This document shows positions 24,023 to 32,000 of a stretch of DNA of 32,000 nt, one piece after another. The notes under the pieces were generated by a model that was not told the DNA's origin, ran no database searches, and worked only from the letters and a program-made list of their open reading frames with translations. Origin of the DNA: Phycisphaerae bacterium (lineage in GTDB: Bacteria > Planctomycetota > Phycisphaerae > Sedimentisphaerales > Anaerobacaceae). Numbering within the stretch: position 1 is the first letter of the stretch; each line of letters opens with the position of its first letter. The DNA is taken from the NCBI GenBank assembly GCA_016782865.1, contig JADHXR010000043.1:14504-46503 (forward strand). The letters run 5' to 3'. Made by a program: the position numbers and the translations under genes.

Positions 24023-25330
24023 ATGAGCAGCAACATTTCTGGCCCGCGAACGGCGAGGCATTTGTGCATGGTCTTGTTTGCGGTATATGCATGTACGGCA
24101 GGGGCTCATGCCCAGGATTCGCACAGCGGTTTTTTTAACGTGCGTGATTTCGGCGCCGCCGGAGACGGCAAGACCGATGACAGCGCCGCGTTTCAAAAGG
24201 CCCTGGATGCCGCCGCCGAAGCCGAGGGTGGTGTTGTTCACGCTCCGCGAGGCAACTATCTCTTCAAGGGCCATCTGAACGTTCCGAGTGCCGTGACGCT
24301 CGCTGGCCTTTGGCAATCGGTGCCGGCACACAACGGGATTCGCGACCGCGGGCTCCCCAAACCGACCGACGACGGCACCACGCTGCTGGTGACAGAAGGC
24401 GCGGGCAGCGAGGACGGACCGGCGTTCATCACACTCAATACCAACAGTACTCTCAAGGGCGTGGTGCTGTACTATCCCGAGCAAAATGTAGACGACATTC
24501 CCGAGCCGTACCCCTGGGCGATCTCCATGCGGGGCAAGAATCCAGCCGTTCTCGCCGTGGAGATGCTCAATCCCTACAACGGGATCGACGCCACGCGCAA
24601 CGAGCGTCACCTGATTCGCGACGTGCACGGCCAGCCCATCCGGCGCGGCATCCTGGTCGACCACATCTACGATATCGGCCGGATCGAAAACGTCCACTTC
24701 AATCCCTGGTGGAGTATGAAACCCAAGCTGTTCCAGTGGCAGATGGAAAACGGCGAGGCGTTCATCTTCGCCAAGTCCGACTGGCAGTATGTCACCAACA
24801 CCTTCTGCTTCGGCTATAAGATCGGCTACAAGTTCATACGAACGAGGTCGGGCATGTGCAACGGCAACTTCCTCGGCATCGGCGCCGACGATTGCCATAC
24901 AGCCCTTGTCGTCGAGCAGTGCGCCCCGTACGGCCTGCTGATAACCAATGGAGAGTTCGTATCTTTTCACGGTCCCGATCCCACGATGATCGGAGTCGGC
25001 GAGGCCAACAGAGGAAGCGTTCGCTTTGTAAACTGCGCATTCTGGGGGCCCTGCAATCAGATAGCAAAGATCTCCGGCACCGGAACCGTCGGTTTCGGCG
25101 ATTGCACATTCACCCAATGGGGAGGCCAAAGCGGGACTCGCGCAGCGATCCAGGCTAAGAGCGGGACCGTGCTGATCCGCGGGTGCGAATTCCGACAGGA
25201 TCGCCCGCAGATCGAACTCGGCACAGACGTCAGCCGCGCGATCATCGCCGAGAACATATTCACGGGCGCCGAACGGATCGACAATAGATCCGAAGGTAAC
25301 GTTCAGATCGGACTGAATGTCAGTAACTGA
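24023..25330 (+). CDS. Secreted right-handed beta-helix protein (pectate-lyase superfamily / GH28- or GH55-like)
   Basis: Signal-like N-terminus (LCMVLFAVYACTAGAHA). It is followed by FNVRDFGAAGDGKTDDSAAFQKALDAA, the typical start of Pectate_lyase_3-type beta-helix glycosidases. Confidence 0.75.
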   Translation: MSSNISGPRTARHLCMVLFAVYACTAGAHAQDSHSGFFNVRDFGAAGDGKTDDSAAFQKALDAAAEAEGGVVHAPRGNYLFKGHLNVPSAVTLAGLWQSVPAHNGIRDRGLPKPTDDGTTLLVTEGAGSEDGPAFITLNTNSTLKGVVLYYPEQNVDDIPEPYPWAISMRGKNPAVLAVEMLNPYNGIDATRNERHLIRDVHGQPIRRGILVDHIYDIGRIENVHFNPWWSMKPKLFQWQMENGEAFIFAKSDWQYVTNTFCFGYKIGYKFIRTRSGMCNGNFLGIGADDCHTALVVEQCAPYGLLITNGEFVSFHGPDPTMIGVGEANRGSVRFVNCAFWGPCNQIAKISGTGTVGFGDCTFTQWGGQSGTRAAIQAKSGTVLIRGCEFRQDRPQIELGTDVSRAIIAENIFTGAERIDNRSEGNVQIGLNVSN

Positions 25331-25348
25331 CAGTAAAGGGTAATTTCC

Positions 25349-27775
25349 ATGACACTCAAAAGACAGATACTCGCAGCAATTCTGATCTTTTCGCTGTGCG
25401 CGACGCTCTCGGCGGCGCAAGAGCAAAAGGCTGAACTGACGCGCGACTATAACGTCAAGCCAGTGACCTTCAATAACGTCCGCGTCGAGGACCGCTTCTG
25501 GACTCCTCGACTGGAGACCAGCCGTAAGGTCACGATCCCGTACTGCTTCGAGAAATGCGAGGAGACCGGTCGAATCAGAAACTTCGAAAAAGCCGCCGGA
25601 CTCATGGAGGGCAAACACGAAGGGATCTACTTCAACGATTCCGACGTCTATAAAGTCATGGAAGGTGCGGCCTATTCGCTGCAAGTCCAGCCCGATACCA
25701 TGATGCGGCTGTACCTGGAGAAGGTAATCAAGATCATGGCCGGCGCCCAGTGGGAAGATGGATATCTCTTCACCTTCTACTCGGTGCCGCAAAGACAGCC
25801 CGAGAAGCTCTGGACGAATGTTCAGAGTATTCACGAGCAATACTGCGTCGGCCACATGTACGAGGCCGCCGTCGCGCACTATCAAGTCACCGGCGAAAGG
25901 TCGCTGCTCAATGTCGCTGTGAAGAACGCCGATTTGATCTGCGATGTCTTCGGCGCCGGCAAGCGGACCGACCCGCCGGGACATCAGGAAATCGAAATCG
26001 GGCTCTGCAAATTGTATCGCGCCACGGGCGACGGCAAGTACCTCGACCAGGCGAAGTTCTTCCTGGACCAGCGCGGCCGCAAAGGCAACCGCGGGCCAAA
26101 GGGCAAGCAAGGACTTTACGGCACGTACTCCCAGGACCACATACCCGTCACCGAGCAGGCGACCGCCGTGGGACATTCGGTCCGGGCCGCCTATCTTTAT
26201 ACAGGCATGGCCGACGTCGCCGCGCTAACGGGCAGCATGGAATACGTCCGGGCAATCGATGCGATATGGAAGGACGTCGTCGACACCAAGCTCTACATCA
26301 CAGGAGGCATCGGCGCCGCGGGCGGGCACGAGGGTTTCGGGGGCCATTACGAATTGCCAAACATGCGGGCCTACTGCGAGACCTGCGCATCGATTGCCAA
26401 TATCTTCTGGAATCATCGTATGTTCCTTATGCACGGCGACGCCAAATACATCGACGTACTGGAACGCGTGCTATACAACGCTGCCCTGTCCGGCATTTCA
26501 ATGGAGGGCGAGACGTTCTTCTACCCGAACCCTCTGGAATCCACAGGCCAGCACGCCCGCAGCCCCTGGTTCGGCTGCGCGTGCTGCCCGTCGAACGTCG
26601 CGAGGTTCATTCCCTCGGTGCCGGGATATGCTTATGCCCACAAGGACGGTGACGTATACGTCAACCTGTTCATCAGCGGCGCCGCGGCGATCGAAACGGC
26701 CGACAACAAGATCACACTGACCCAGCAAACGCAGTACCCCTGGGCCGGGACGGTGAAGATCGGCGTCGAGCCGGAGAAGAGCGACACCTTCGCCATCTAC
26801 GTTCGCATCCCCGGCTGGGCACAAAACCAGCCCGTGCCCAGCGACCTTTACACATTCGGCTCCCGTTCGGCCGAGAAGGCTTCACTAAAGGTCAACGGCA
26901 AACGAGTATCGCCGAGCATCGAAAGCGGCTTCGCCCGCATCGAGCGCAAATGGCGCAAGGGCGACACCATCGAGCTGGACCTGCCGATGCCCGTCCGTCG
27001 CATTGTTGCCCACCGCCAAATTGCCGACGACCGTGGCAAGGTTGCGCTGCAGCGCGGGCCGATTGTTTTTTGCCTCGAAGGGCCCGACAATGACGGCGAG
27101 GTCCTGAACCTCGTGATCGGCGACGACGCGAAGTTCCGCACCGAATACAGAGCGGACCTCCTGAACGGCGTCACCGTAATTACAGGTAAAGCTCGCACCG
27201 TCAAACGCACGCTGGACGGCGACATCGCTGCGGCGGGCGAAAAGCCGTTCACGGCTATCCCCTATTACGCCTGGGCCCATCGCGGGCGAGGGCAGATGAC
27301 GGTCTGGCCCGCCCGCAAACCCGAGGCGGCCCGCCCGGGGCCGGCCGATACATTGACGTACAAGAGCAGGACCACTGCATCATTCGTCCATGTGTCTTTG
27401 GATGCGATCAAGGACCAGATCCTGCCGAAGAACTCGGCCGACTCTTCGGCGCTGCAACTCGACTTCTGGCCACACAAGGACACAACCGAGTGGCTCCGGT
27501 TCGAGTGGGACCAAGAACACAGAATCTCCAATGTAAAGGTCTATTGGTTCGACGACAGCGGTAGAGGCGCCTGCCACCTGCCCGAATCCTGGAGAGTGCT
27601 GTACCGCGACGCCGCGGGCAACTTTAAGCCCGTGAAGGCGAACACCCCATACGGCCTGAAAAAGGACGCCTTCAACAAGGTCGATTTCGACCCGGTAACC
27701 ACCGACGCTATCAGAATCGAAATCACCCTCCAGAAGAAATGGTCTGCCGGCGTCCAGGAAGTGGTCATTGAGTGA
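25349..27775 (+). CDS. Glycoside hydrolase family 127 (beta-L-arabinofuranosidase-like, DUF1680) with C-terminal beta-sandwich CBM-like domain
   Basis: Signal peptide (ILIFSLCATLSAAQ). GH127 hallmarks YCETCASIANIFWNHRM and PWFGCACCPSNVARF (Cys-rich Zn/catalytic site). The last ~130 aa look discoidin/F5-8-type-C-like (LRFEWDQEHRISNVKVYWFDD...IRIEITLQ). Confidence 0.9.
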   Translation: MTLKRQILAAILIFSLCATLSAAQEQKAELTRDYNVKPVTFNNVRVEDRFWTPRLETSRKVTIPYCFEKCEETGRIRNFEKAAGLMEGKHEGIYFNDSDVYKVMEGAAYSLQVQPDTMMRLYLEKVIKIMAGAQWEDGYLFTFYSVPQRQPEKLWTNVQSIHEQYCVGHMYEAAVAHYQVTGERSLLNVAVKNADLICDVFGAGKRTDPPGHQEIEIGLCKLYRATGDGKYLDQAKFFLDQRGRKGNRGPKGKQGLYGTYSQDHIPVTEQATAVGHSVRAAYLYTGMADVAALTGSMEYVRAIDAIWKDVVDTKLYITGGIGAAGGHEGFGGHYELPNMRAYCETCASIANIFWNHRMFLMHGDAKYIDVLERVLYNAALSGISMEGETFFYPNPLESTGQHARSPWFGCACCPSNVARFIPSVPGYAYAHKDGDVYVNLFISGAAAIETADNKITLTQQTQYPWAGTVKIGVEPEKSDTFAIYVRIPGWAQNQPVPSDLYTFGSRSAEKASLKVNGKRVSPSIESGFARIERKWRKGDTIELDLPMPVRRIVAHRQIADDRGKVALQRGPIVFCLEGPDNDGEVLNLVIGDDAKFRTEYRADLLNGVTVITGKARTVKRTLDGDIAAAGEKPFTAIPYYAWAHRGRGQMTVWPARKPEAARPGPADTLTYKSRTTASFVHVSLDAIKDQILPKNSADSSALQLDFWPHKDTTEWLRFEWDQEHRISNVKVYWFDDSGRGACHLPESWRVLYRDAAGNFKPVKANTPYGLKKDAFNKVDFDPVTTDAIRIEITLQKKWSAGVQEVVIE

Positions 27776-27885
27776 CCGAGAGAAACCTCTATAGAATGCG
27801 ACAATTTTACCTGGCTCACAAGATTTCGCCGCCGGCGGCGAAATTGAGCTGGACTCCACACGTCGAGCTACTACCGGTCACAAAT
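27772..27885 (+). pseudogene. Relic of a DUF1016 (YhcG-like PDDEXK nuclease) gene
   Basis: ERNLYRMRQFYLAHKISPPAAKLSWTPHVELL resembles the conserved N-terminal-region block of DUF1016 proteins (...NLxxMRxFYLxY...LSWSHYxELL). Only about 35 codons are recognisable. The upstream part is cut off exactly at the GH127 stop codon, and the downstream part is non-homologous. Confidence 0.5.
27823..27844. repeat. Perfect 22-bp palindrome
   Basis: ATTTCGCCGCCGGCGGCGAAAT, 47 nt after the GH127 stop and inside the DUF1016 relic. It could act as a terminator hairpin, but there is no U-tract. Confidence 0.8.
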
Positions 27886-28154
27886 AACTATGTTTCACAG
27901 GGGAACCTAAGAAGCCTTCAGACTTCGGCCGCAACCCACACTTATCACTCTAAAGATCCAACCTGATGTAGATCATTATGACTTTTCGAAGGGTTGTAAA
28001 GACAGAAGGAAAAAAGCGTGCTTGTTTTATCCATCGATGTTGAGTGAGTTTCCTCCAAAGTCTGTCCCAAGACTCCATCAGTCGGAATGTGTCGACAATG
28101 TGTCAACTCCCGCCTGCTGATATTGATGGTATGATATCTGCGGGTCGATTGGAT

Positions 28155-29087
28155 TCATGACAGGCTAAGTCCCATGGCTGTGATCCAGTTTGCGTGCGGG
28201 GCATGGCTTCTAAGACGGGCTTGGTCGGAGCGGGGAGCTCTGGCCGCGTCGAGACAGTCTCCGATCTGGGCCGACATCTGCGCCCGCTTCGCGATTTTAG
28301 CGTAGATGTCCTTGTCCACAGCATTGCCGGATACGAAAATGATATGATTGACCTGGGGGTTTCTGTAGGCCGATCTGAACTTGACCCGGCACATGTCCAT
28401 CTCGGAGTTGAGCAGATCTATCATCCTGTCGATTTCGAGACCCTTCGCCCCCACCGGGGATGAATGGGCGAAGTAAAGATTCGCGCTGTCGCAGATGACG
28501 ATATTTGTGCATATCTGTCTGATATCGAGCAGCATAACCGGATCGTCCTGACCCATGTGCCGGGCCCAGAGATGCGTGTAAGCCCTTAGTACTGCCATCG
28601 GCCAGACGGAGATGGCCGCGACCTTGAGCCGGGCCTTTTCGTATATCGCCAGATGCCTGTAGAGCTTTGTTCTGTCGGACGCCATCACGAGGATGTTTTT
28701 GCTGTCGTTCCTGACGTGCTTTATCAGCACGTTATCCGGGGTGATCTGGAGCTTGGGCTTAAGGTGGTTGAGTATGGCATTCTGCAATTCGCCCTCGGCC
28801 GGTTCGGACATCTTGATAGTGTCGACGAACACCTCGCTAGCAGGCTGCGCGGCTACCACCTCTTTGCCCTGGAACCGGCCGTGCGCAACCGATTCGGCCG
28901 TGGCCTCGATGGCCCATCTTTGCCATGAGGCGCTGCCGGGTTTGACGTCCGCGGGATACCTAATGCTATTGGCAGCATGCAGACGGACCGAGTCAATGTC
29001 CTTGGCCATCTGGACCAGTGTCAGGGCGTCATCCCCCATATCCACACCAATCGGATACGTATGGTTCGCGAATAATCTCATCATCAT
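28155..29087 (-). CDS. pilM: PilM-like type IV pilus assembly ATPase-fold protein
   Basis: Actin/FtsA-like PilM pattern: PIGVDMGDDALTLVQM..., VVAAQPASEVFVDTIKM...ELQNAI, KVAAISVWPMAVLRAY, VMLLDIRQICTNIVI, IIFVSGNA. Start set at the ATG cluster at 29087. The tracked GTG at 29234 would add a hydrophobic 49-aa extension. Confidence 0.6.
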   Translation of the reverse strand: MMMRLFANHTYPIGVDMGDDALTLVQMAKDIDSVRLHAANSIRYPADVKPGSASWQRWAIEATAESVAHGRFQGKEVVAAQPASEVFVDTIKMSEPAEGELQNAILNHLKPKLQITPDNVLIKHVRNDSKNILVMASDRTKLYRHLAIYEKARLKVAAISVWPMAVLRAYTHLWARHMGQDDPVMLLDIRQICTNIVICDSANLYFAHSSPVGAKGLEIDRMIDLLNSEMDMCRVKFRSAYRNPQVNHIIFVSGNAVDKDIYAKIAKRAQMSAQIGDCLDAARAPRSDQARLRSHAPHANWITAMGLSLS

Positions 29088-29604
29088 CTCCCGACAGCCA
29101 GAATCGTACCTCACAGGCTCCCCATGCACGGAGTATGGTTGCACTCCACTGTCTAAAACATACGTCAAGAACAGTGAGATGCAAAATAATGCCAAACCGG
29201 CTAATAATGCGTAGGTGCAATCGCCGTTCGGCACGACCGATAAGGACCTGATTATTGCCCGGGCTGCTTTTAGTTCATCCGTTCAGATTCTGGCGGGCCT
29301 CGCTTGGTATGCCCAGCTATGATTTGTTGGTCTCCTTCGAGGCCTATCCCAAGGCTACATCGGTCAGAAGCGGGAAGGGCTTTATCGTGGTAAATACGTC
29401 TTCTTGTGACGGGGGACGCTTGCCGGGTTATGTGTCGTCCAATGTAAGCCGATACAGAACCAGAGCCAGGGGTCTGCGAGAGGGTTCTCGATGGAGTGAG
29501 AGGCTGGCAGACGGCAACATCTCAAGCAGATCCAACATTTGGCTCTTTTCGGATGCTATCGACAAGGCAAGATTATTGGACTTCTACAGCATAAGGAGAG
29601 AACA

Positions 29605-30885
29605 ATGACAGAAAATGCGATCAAGTCATCATCCAGTGCAGGCCTCGAGAACCGGACAGGAGACACCTGCTGCAGCACACCAGGATCCACCGTCCAAACC
29701 TGGTTGAAGGCTGGCGATGTGATGAGTGAGAATATTGCCACAGTCAGTCCCGATTGTACCGTGGTGTCAGCAGCAAGGATCATGTGGCGCAATAATATAT
29801 CCTGTCTTGTCGTTTCAGATAACGGCAGTCTATCGGGAATCGTCACTGAGACGGATATGCTGAAAAGGACCATAGCTGACGGTAATGACTTTCATAAGAT
29901 GAAGGTAGACCAGATCATGTCGTCTCCCGTCCGAAGCGTTCCCCGCGATCTTTCGGTCATGGAAACCTGCGAAATCATGGAAGCCGAGAACATCAGGCGG
30001 CTGGTGGTTCTGGATGAGGATCTGTCGGTTGGAATCATAACGCAAACGGATATGGTAAGAGCTCTCGCATCTTACGCCGAATCGAAGGAAGTGTCGTCAA
30101 TAATGACGCTTGGTGTGGCTGTCATCGCCACCTCGGCAACTGTCAGAGAGGCGGCTGAGCGTATGGCTTTTCAAGACATATCTTGTCTGGTCGTCATGGA
30201 TGACAATGCCATCGCAGGGATTTTCACAGAACGGGACCTCACAAAAAGAGTTATTGCGTCAGAGCTGAATCCGGACAAGACCCGCCTGCAAAAGGTAATG
30301 TCCTCTCCGGTGGTGACCGTAGCGGCGAACCACTCGGTTTTAAGCGCCCGGAAACTAATGGAAAAAGCAGGAATTCGTCGGCTGGTTGTTACCGAGAATG
30401 AGACATTGTTTGATGGGCATGAGACTGTGGTTGGAATGATAACTCAAACGGATATCCTGGAGTCCCTCAAAACCACATTGCACGACAAGGAGCAAGACTA
30501 CTTCAGCTATCTGGTTGACTCCGACAAATGCACTTATGCGGTCGATCTAGATCTTAATGCAACTTATGTTAATCCCTTGTTAGTGAAATTGCTGGATGCG
30601 ACCAACTCGGACGAACTTCTCAACAAGCCGTTCTTGCCGGAACAGTTTTGGGAATGCCCTCAAGACCGAAGTAGGCTGTTGGCCAAGATGAAGAGAGAAA
30701 GACTCTGTACTGAAGAGTTGACGCTGAAAACTGCCAAGGGCAAGAGACTGTCTGTCACTCTCTTCTCCGCCCCGACCAGGAGTCTAAGAGGCGGAATTTG
30801 TGGGAGTCACGGTATTCTTAACGATGTCACTGCAAAAAGAGATTCGACAGCAGTCGAGAAACCATGCGCAGGCCCCGAAGGGTAA
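29605..30885 (+). CDS. CBS x4 (two Bateman modules) plus PAS sensor protein without output domain
   Basis: ATG 29605 is preceded by AAGGAGAG. Four CBS repeats are present (VMSENIATV...ISCLVV...GIVTETDMLK; IMSSPVRSV...IRRLVV...GIITQTDMV; ...ISCLVVMDD...GIFTERDL; VMSSPVVTV...IRRLVV...GMITQTDIL). A PAS-like segment follows, ending in GILNDVTAKRD, and the stop comes 15 codons later. Confidence 0.8.
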   Translation: MTENAIKSSSSAGLENRTGDTCCSTPGSTVQTWLKAGDVMSENIATVSPDCTVVSAARIMWRNNISCLVVSDNGSLSGIVTETDMLKRTIADGNDFHKMKVDQIMSSPVRSVPRDLSVMETCEIMEAENIRRLVVLDEDLSVGIITQTDMVRALASYAESKEVSSIMTLGVAVIATSATVREAAERMAFQDISCLVVMDDNAIAGIFTERDLTKRVIASELNPDKTRLQKVMSSPVVTVAANHSVLSARKLMEKAGIRRLVVTENETLFDGHETVVGMITQTDILESLKTTLHDKEQDYFSYLVDSDKCTYAVDLDLNATYVNPLLVKLLDATNSDELLNKPFLPEQFWECPQDRSRLLAKMKRERLCTEELTLKTAKGKRLSVTLFSAPTRSLRGGICGSHGILNDVTAKRDSTAVEKPCAGPEG

Positions 30886-31138
30886 GGAGATAAGCTCAGA
30901 CGTACCGGCTAGGTACGCACCAACACATTTCGGCTTGAAGACAGCCCCGATTCCCTTGAACCTGCGAATCCAGGTCAGTCAACCCTAACGTTGCATAAAA
31001 ACTGTCGATTACCCGCTGGCAGGAATCGCATCCAGTACGTTCAACAGGCGCCGTTTGATCCAATGGTTCGCACTAATGCTGAGTGTAAGTGTTCCTTGAG
31101 GTCGGGTTAGTCGTCCTGCCCGGTGTATCAAGGTTTTA

Positions 31139-31663
31139 CGAAGGGTGTCGACCCTTTCGAATATCGACGGCAACGACAAGACGCGAGGGGCCGTTGGATT
31201 CGGCGGAGTCATAGAACCTGGCATGTAAGGATTCTTCGACAGTTTAGATCACGCGATGCTCTTAGATACTATTGGGACGCGTGTGATCGACAAACGGATG
31301 GTGCGCCTGATCCGGAAGTGGTTGAAAGTGGGTTGGCTTGCTGACGGCAAGCGTCATACTGCCTATAAGGGTATCGCACAAGGGGCGACCATTTCACCAC
31401 TGTTGGCCAATATATTTCTGAATGCGGTCATGGATCAATGGTTCACAAACTATCACGGGATTCCGGGTAGCACTCGCCGTATACGCGCGTTCTATACGCA
31501 AATAGGTCGACTGTGGCATTGGGTGATTTGTCGCCGCAGTCACGAGGCGGCGAAGCGTTGGACGTGGGAACGATTTTATTGTCTACAGAGGCATTGGTTG
31601 CCGCGTCCCCGTATTGTACATCCATACCCTGGCGTTCGCTTTGACGCCAAGTACTCACGGTAA
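31139..31663 (+). pseudogene. Group II intron reverse transcriptase/maturase pseudogene
   Basis: The single frame reads RRVSTLSNIDGNDKTRGAVGFGGVIEPGM*GFFDSLDHAMLLDTIGTRVIDKRMVRLIRKWLKVG...YKGIAQGATISPLLANIFLN. Recognisable RT motifs include GFFDSxDH and QGxxISPLLANIxL. There is an in-frame TAA at 31226, and about 70 aa are missing before GFFDS. The YADD catalytic block and most of the thumb/X region are absent. Confidence 0.75.
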
Positions 31664-31736
31664 GAGCCGTATGAGGTAGTTCCTCACGTACGGATATGCG
31701 CGCGGGGCACCCGGTGACGGGTGTCCCTACCGCGAC
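31664..31736 (+). ncRNA. Group II intron domain V (31664-31697) and domain VI (31699-31736)
   Basis: Domain V is GAGCCGTATGAGGTAGTTCCTCACGTACGGATAT, compared with the consensus GAGCCGUAU...AC-GUACGGUUC. The AGC triad and AC bulge are present, but the loop is not GNRA and the basal pairs are mismatched. Domain VI has a 10-bp stem (31704-31713 with 31718-31727) closed by a GUGA tetraloop, a 4-bp basal stem, a candidate branch A at 31729, and a predicted 3' end ...GAC at 31736. Confidence 0.7.
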
Positions 31737-31935
31737 TGAATTTAAGAGTTATTTCTTGCCTGATGTCCAATTTGTGTTATGGTCGCGGCCATGGCTCCCT
31801 TGGCACCCCGGATCGACCGATCTGCCACGCCACACTGTGAAATATGCGCAAAGAGTATTTTCACGCAGCAACACCGTACCTGATTCGACAATCGAAAAGA
31901 TCAAGGTCGGTGTATAATCATTTCTCTCTTTTTTT

Positions 31936-31961
31936 ACCGCAGCCATTTTGGTTGCGGTTTT
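31936..31961 (+). terminator. Hairpin plus short T-run (weak intrinsic-terminator-like)
   Basis: ACCGCAGCC-ATTTT-GGTTGCGGT forms a 9-bp stem with one G-U pair and is followed by TTT. No convincing + strand gene ends just upstream, so its function is unclear. Confidence 0.25.
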
Positions 31962-32000
31962 CATACGGCTTAGCGAGAGCTCTATTGCATTTTCCACAGT

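Larger units (their letters stand above)
31020..31736 (+). mobile_element. Decayed, 5'-truncated group II intron (RT relic plus domains V-VI)
   Basis: RT-derived reading frame with an in-frame stop and internal deletions, followed immediately by a 34-nt domain V and a domain VI ending in AC. No GUGYG 5' end and no domains I-III were recognised upstream, so the left boundary is approximate. Confidence 0.75.

Noticed and set aside
23957-26176. 739-aa ORF on the minus strand spanning both glycosidase genes
   Set aside because: It is antisense to two + strand genes with clear family signatures (beta-helix N-terminal motif, GH127 Cys motifs). It also crosses their intergenic spacer, and its translation is low-complexity and Arg/Ala/Gly-rich. 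This is a typical GC-rich shadow ORF.
25750-26652. 300-aa alternative-frame ORF inside GH127
   Set aside because: It is extremely Arg-rich and out of frame with a well-supported GH127 reading frame.
29180-29195. TTGGCATTATTTTGCA (minus strand) upstream of the PilM-like gene
   Set aside because: It looks like a -24/-12 promoter, but the GG to GC spacing is one nucleotide short (N9), and sigma-54 promoters do not normally tolerate that.
29255-29608. 117-aa TTG-initiated ORF upstream of the CBS gene
   Set aside because: It has no recognisable domain, uses a non-ATG start, and runs into the CBS gene start region. It is probably non-coding leader.
31009-31224. 71-aa minus-strand ORF
   Set aside because: It is antisense to the intron RT relic, and the + frame carries the recognisable RT motifs.
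1-32000. Search for CRISPR arrays, tRNA, rRNA, intact transposases or integrases
   Set aside because: I saw no regularly spaced direct repeats, no tRNA-like T-arm (GTTCRANYC) context, no rRNA-like segments and no transposase or integrase ORFs by eye. A tRNAscan/cmscan run would be needed to be certain.

Overview
32-kb window from a moderately GC-rich bacterial chromosome. The gene content is reminiscent of anaerobic Planctomycetota/PVC-type genomes: a solitary flagellar hook gene, sigma-54 control, a PilM-like gene, GH127 and beta-helix CAZymes, and a giant beta-propeller protein. That taxonomic guess is inference only. Layout: (1) 1-1911 (+): hemD (cut by the window edge) and hemL. (2) 1977-6145 (-): an Rrf2 regulator and a sigma-54-dependent two-component system. 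(3) 6396-11547 (-): one tightly packed operon, ahbA/B-like, hemX/ccsA-like, hemA, ahbD-like, ahbC-like, which is the siroheme-dependent alternative heme pathway plus the first tetrapyrrole step. (4) 11991-13359 (-): a canonical hgcA-hgcB mercury-methylation pair, directly downstream of a lone flgE (13513-15198) that has a consensus sigma-54 promoter. (5) 15656-22335 (+): threonine-synthase-family enzyme, ABC ATPase, ABC-2-type permease and a ~1150-aa methyltransferase-like/PQQ-type beta-propeller protein with a perfect 27-bp inverted repeat in its 5' end. (6) 22401-23807 (-): a lower-GC orphan gene with one TM helix. (7) 24023-27775 (+): beta-helix glycosidase-like protein and GH127. (8) 27.8-32 kb: an accessory-looking tail at about 50% GC holding a DUF1016 nuclease relic, a solitary PilM-like gene, a CBS x4-PAS sensor with no output domain, and a decayed, 5'-truncated group II intron with recognisable domains V and VI. 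I recognised no rRNA, tRNA or CRISPR array. The strongest signal is hgcAB and its context (sigma-54/flgE upstream, tetrapyrrole operon downstream). No feature here can be shown from sequence alone to be a new system. The unexplained items are the 27-bp inverted repeat, the heptamer repeat array at the ahbA/hemX junction, and the orphan gene.
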